From Squalus acanthias (Eukaryota): a stretch of DNA of 64,000 nt. The stretch covers positions 14,820,001 through 14,884,000 of the forward strand of contig CM059432.1 in assembly GCA_030390025.1 (NCBI GenBank), written 5' to 3'. Below, piece by piece: positions 59,446 to 64,000 of the stretch (the first letter of the stretch is position 1; the number at the start of each line of letters is the position of its first letter). The notes beneath the pieces were generated by a model. That model was not told where the DNA came from, did no database searches, and worked only from the letters and a program-made list of their open reading frames with translations. The position numbers and the translations under genes were made by a program.

Positions 59446-60994
59446 AACAGTAAGGAGAATAATGTGAGGGCTGGCTGGAACGAAAGGTAGAACAGAAGAT
59501 AGCAGCCTCTCTATTCCACCAAAGAAATGTATTATTTTAGTGTTCCTAAAAAATTCAGCTGCTCAGACAAATATGAAAGTTGGCTACTTATACCCATATC
59601 CCTCAGTCGGGGTTATCTGGGATGCACGATGGGCTCCCGGCAGCATTCCTGGCACCAAGATGGGACTCACCAGTGGTGATGAGGGTAATGTGACAGTGCT
59701 CCAATGGCACTGCTGCTGTAGCACCAGAAGAGGCAGCAGGGGGCTTTAAAAAGACAGAAAAGGCCCAAGGATGATCATTTATTATTGCTTTCTGTGGTTC
59801 ACTGCAAGTGAAAAAGATCACAGCAAAATTCAAGAAAGCTGAGAACTGTAAGAGCCTAGAATTAACTGACAACCCAATTGAAAGCAACACAATAGATCCT
59901 CACTGGTATCACTCCAGAAGGGAAACAATAATCCTTAGAATAAGCAACACAGAGAATCAATTGTGATGCCCAGGCAGATCCATTTTCAAGCTCTTACCAG
60001 CCAGGCTGACCTTTTCAAATACCTCTCCTGCTACTAGGAGAGTTTTGCCTCTTACCAGATACTAATTTCTGCAGTCCTGAAGTAAAACAATTCATTTCAT
60101 TGAGGTTCAATCAACACATTTGCTATATTCATTCGTCTAGAAATAAAACAGTCACCACTGCTGCACTAGCTTGTCTGTTCATGCCATTTAAGAAAGGAGA
60201 GAAGTCTTGCTGCTTCAAAAAGGTGCGTAGGAGAGATGGAGCTTGTAACCTCGTAGTTAGGTCAAGGCTTTTGTATTGAAGAAAACCATTCATTTTATGT
60301 TCAGGGAACCGAAAATAAACATTCTTCAAAATGAGCAGACACAAGAAATGCATTGAAGGTAATGAAGTATTCAACTCTTCAGAGATCATGCAACCAAAGT
60401 CTTCCTGAACTGAGGATTCATGCTCCCAGTAGATCATGTTTCTTCCAAGGTACAAAGGACAACGCTCTCCCTAGTGAGGGGGGCGGGGAATTCGGTGCCT
60501 GGAGGCTGCAGCCTTGGACCCGTGGGAACAGTCCCCGGCAGTCAGAGGATGGTGGTGGTGGGGGGGCGGTGCAGAGGTTTGAGTCGATCAGTGTGGGTGG
60601 GGGGGGGTGGGTGTTGGAGAGACTGGAAGAGATCAGGCATTGAGGAGGGGTGGTGATACTCTGTGTGGGAGTAGAGTTTCACAATTTTGGAGCTACTGTA
60701 AAAGCACTGTGGGCTGGATTTTTCTGTGTGCGACAGAATAATGGCACGGTGGGACCACCCCTCCAACTCCGCCCTGATCCTGATCTATTTCCCTCAAATC
60801 GGGGTTATTTGGGACGCACAATGGGTAATGTGGCGGTGCTCCAATGCCACTGCTGCTGTAGCACCAGAAGAGGCAGCAGGGGGATTTAAAAAGACAGAAA
60901 AGGCCCAAGGATGATCCAATCTGCCAGCTGTGTAGGCCTCAGCAGAAACTGAGGCCTACAATAGTAAATAAGGGCTGGGGGCTAAATTGATGCA

Positions 60995-61598
60995 GGGATG
61001 TCCTGCTGCAGTTGTACAGGGCCTTGGTGAGACCACACCTTGAGTACTGTGTGCAGATTTGGTCGCCTTATCTGAGGAAGGATGTTCTTGCCATGGAGGG
61101 AGTTCAGCGAAGATTCACAAGGCTGATACCTGGGATGGCAGGAATGACATATGAGGAGAGATTGGGTCGATTGGGCTTATACTCGCTGGAGTATAGAAGA
61201 ATGAGAGGGGATCTCATCGAAACATATAAAATTCTGTCATTGTCTGGACAAACTAGATGCAGGAAGAATGTTCCCGATGGTCGGAGAGTCCAGAACCAGG
61301 GGTCATAATCTAAGGATAAGGGGTAAGCCACTTAGGACAGAAATGAGGAAGAATTTCTTCACCCAGAGAGTGGTGAACCTGTGGAATTCTCTACCACAGA
61401 AGGTAGTTGAGACTAAGTCATTAAATATATTCAAGAATGAGTTAGATATATTTCTTAAAGCTAAAGGTATCAAGGGATATGGGGAGAAGGCAGGTACAGG
61501 GTACTGGGTTTGGATGATCAGCCATGATCTCATCGAATGGCGGAGCAGGCTCGAGGGGCCGAATGGCCTGCTCCTGCTCCTATCTTCTATGTTTCTAT
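60995..61598 (+). mobile_element. CR1 3' fragment
   Basis: LVRPHLEYCVQIWSP motif and tail. Confidence 0.88.
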
Positions 61599-61774
61599 GA
61601 AAGCAGAGGTGGTGTCTACAATGCCATCGTCCTCCATTAAGGAACTTTAGATCTCTTACCACCACTACCCCAGGCCTACTGCCACCAGGCAATCCTGGGG
61701 AACAGTAGTAAGGGAAGAACACGAGAAAACTGGCTGGGAACCCGGGCTGTGCCCCCCTGCTGCACGCAGTCTCT

Positions 61775-62560
61775 TCTACCTTGAGGAGACCAAATACAGA
61801 TCAGGTGATTAATTTATGGAATACCTCCAAACATGTGGTCTTGGCCTCCCTGAGGATCACCCCTACACTTTCCCTCCCACTCTCACCCTGACCTTTCAGT
61901 CATTGACCTCTTAGAATGTTCCAAACAAGCTCAATATCTGCTACAGGATTAGCATCACATCTTTCTCCTGGGAACCCTGCAGCCCCCTTGGTCATAAAAC
62001 TGACTTTACACCTTAGCTATCTCTCCTCGTTTCTTAGAAGCAGGGGCTGCTGAAGATGGGCAGTGGGTCCATCAGCATCTGGGGAGGGGAGGCAAGTTGG
62101 CCTTGCGAATGTGGACCATTTGTCATTACGCAGTTCTGACAGGGACTCTTACCCAGGGTATCAGCCTACCTTTTCTCTTTTTGGGTGCTGGTCGCATTTG
62201 ATGTGTTTTCACCATTTTCTGTCTTGATTTCAGATTTCCAGCTTTTTTCATGAGCTATTTTCATGCCTCTTTGTCTTTTACATTGCCTTGCTGAGATATC
62301 TTCATACATCCTCCATCTGTTTTCATCTCTTTCCTGCATTTCAATAAAACCTCTTTGGGCATTCCACCTATTACCTCTCTCTCCTTTTAGTTTTTTCTAT
62401 TGAACGGCATCACTTATTAATCAGTTCTGATAAAGAGGCCACATCAGAAATGTTAACTTGTCATTTCTCTTTACAGACGCTAACTGACCTGCTGTGCATT
62501 TCATGAATTCCCTGTTTCTTTTCCGGTTTCCAGTATTTGCTGATTCTTTTTATTTCTGCA
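61775..62560 (+). mobile_element. Old, degraded Penelope 3' fragment
   Basis: Remnants of ggagaccaaa, cactctcaccctgacct and ttctgataaagagg..gaaatgttaac. Confidence 0.5.
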
Positions 62561-62611
62561 ATAATTGTAGTTGTCTCTTGGGTAAGAGAGAAGTCACTAC
62601 CAGAGACAATT

Positions 62612-62884
62612 GGCCCCGATTTTAACTCCAGGCGGAATCCCCGCTCAGGCCTGAGTTAAAATTACAGTCGGGTCTCAATGCTGTCATTGGGCCACACGCA
62701 ACGTGCCTATGCAAAGAAGGACCCTGTTGGCTCCAGGCGTGTGTCCTTGCTGCCTGCTCAGGAGAGCAGGTTAAAATTGCAGATGTTGCGATTGTGGTGG
62801 CCTTCGGACAGGTAAGAGCCAGGGCGATTTTAACTGCCCCACCCGCCAGGTTTCTGCTGGAGCGAGTAGGGTTAAAATCGCCCC
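62612..62884. mobile_element. Short MITE
   Basis: ggccccgattttaact ... gttaaaatcgcccc, flanked by att / aat. Confidence 0.7.
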
Positions 62885-64000
62885 AATATTCCTGTGTGCA
62901 GTTTTCAAAAACAAAAATCATCCCTATATTTGAATACAAGCATGTCATTCTAGCCATTTTCCAGCTCAAGGGTCAAAGGCTGTTAATCAAGTTATTAGAT
63001 AATGTTAAGGCAAGTCCTCTCCTACAGATGCTTAGTGCAAATTGCTTTCTCTTGAATTGAAGTTAGATTGGTTGCTCTTCTGTTTAATAGAACACAGAAA
63101 ACGAAATGGCGTAAACAGTCACCATCACCTTGCCTCCGCTGCGAAAATTTACCAAACTGTCTCAACAGAATCTATTTGTCAAGTTATTAGCATCAAAATA
63201 ACATCACACAGAAGACATCAATGACCTTTACATGAATGCAAAATGGCACAAGCCTGCTAATTTGAGGAGGGGTACATTTTGAAGAGGGATGCACAGATAA
63301 CCTAATCTTGTCAGTGTAGATCCATAGGCTTGTCTCAGAGACAAATGTATGAGCCTTGTTGCAATTAATGTAATTTTTCTGTACAAGCTATACCAGTAGA
63401 ATTTAATTAATGGTTTCATCCAGTATGTGTATTTGAAACTGCGGGAATGTAATAGCTTTGCTTTTTTCTATGAATAGAGTATGTGAACAGCAAAGGTTAC
63501 CAATTCTGATACTAACCTGACTTGACAGTAAGCAAGGAGCTATTATCTACAACAAGATTTTAATTTACTTCCTTGTTCTGGTTTTAATGGATTTTTCCAA
63601 AACTTTGTTTCTGCTGTGAAGATATTCATTAATTTCTTCTGTTTATTAATTCTATTTTTATATTGTGTGCAACTTCCCCCACACACCAAACAATTTACTG
63701 TTCTAAATTGTAGACACTAGTCTCAACTGTATATTCTGCAGAAATGCGTGTATATGTATTCCCATAAAAATGAATGTTGTGCCAAATGCACAGCAGCATA
63801 ATGAATATCTAAAAAGGGAGAAGATATGTTAAATCTACTGGTAGGGACCCAGAGACCGAGAGAGTTTGGGATGACCACTTCCTCATTCTGCCGACAACAA
63901 CAACAATGACGATACAAGTTCGAAGATGGCCATTTGAAAAAAAAAACTCTTGGGATGTGGATGTCGCTGGCAAGACTGGCATTTATTGTCCATCCCTAGT

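Noticed and set aside
59590..60916. Duplicated ~150-bp segments at ~59600-59775 and ~60790-60916
   Set aside because: Most likely two copies of an interspersed repeat or a small local duplication, with no further structure.
17..63917. Most short ORFs in the supplied track
   Set aside because: Antisense or alternate frames of TE remnants, or random intronic ORFs without recognisable domains.

Overview
Eukaryotic (vertebrate) genomic DNA. The repeat content (HE1/V-SINE-like and SacSINE1/DeuSINE-like SINEs, CR1, L2, RTE, Penelope, Harbinger) points to a cartilaginous fish, though that is an inference. The window lies inside a receptor tyrosine phosphatase mu gene (PTPRM) on the minus strand. 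Two juxtamembrane coding exons are at 5740-5891 and 5576-5653, and the rest appears intronic and dense with transposons. A young, full-length Gypsy LTR retrotransposon (9817-14326) has 215-bp LTRs differing at one base, a CAAAT TSD and a 1313-aa gag-pol ORF. It has no clear tRNA PBS, but a 13-nt LTR-complementary tract suggests self-priming. There are also a decayed two-gene Harbinger transposon with many related MITEs, Penelope elements with minimal hammerhead ribozymes, and a 2-kb CA-rich minisatellite. The most unusual feature is a ~1.14-kb foreign segment (~48576-49722) interrupting the Harbinger left arm. It shows nested inverted complementarity along its whole length with hairpins half a length apart, the signature of a linearised rod-shaped circular RNA (Obelisk/viroid-like). 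Its reading frames are stop-interrupted, and one carries a motif loosely resembling the Oblin-1 GYxD motif.
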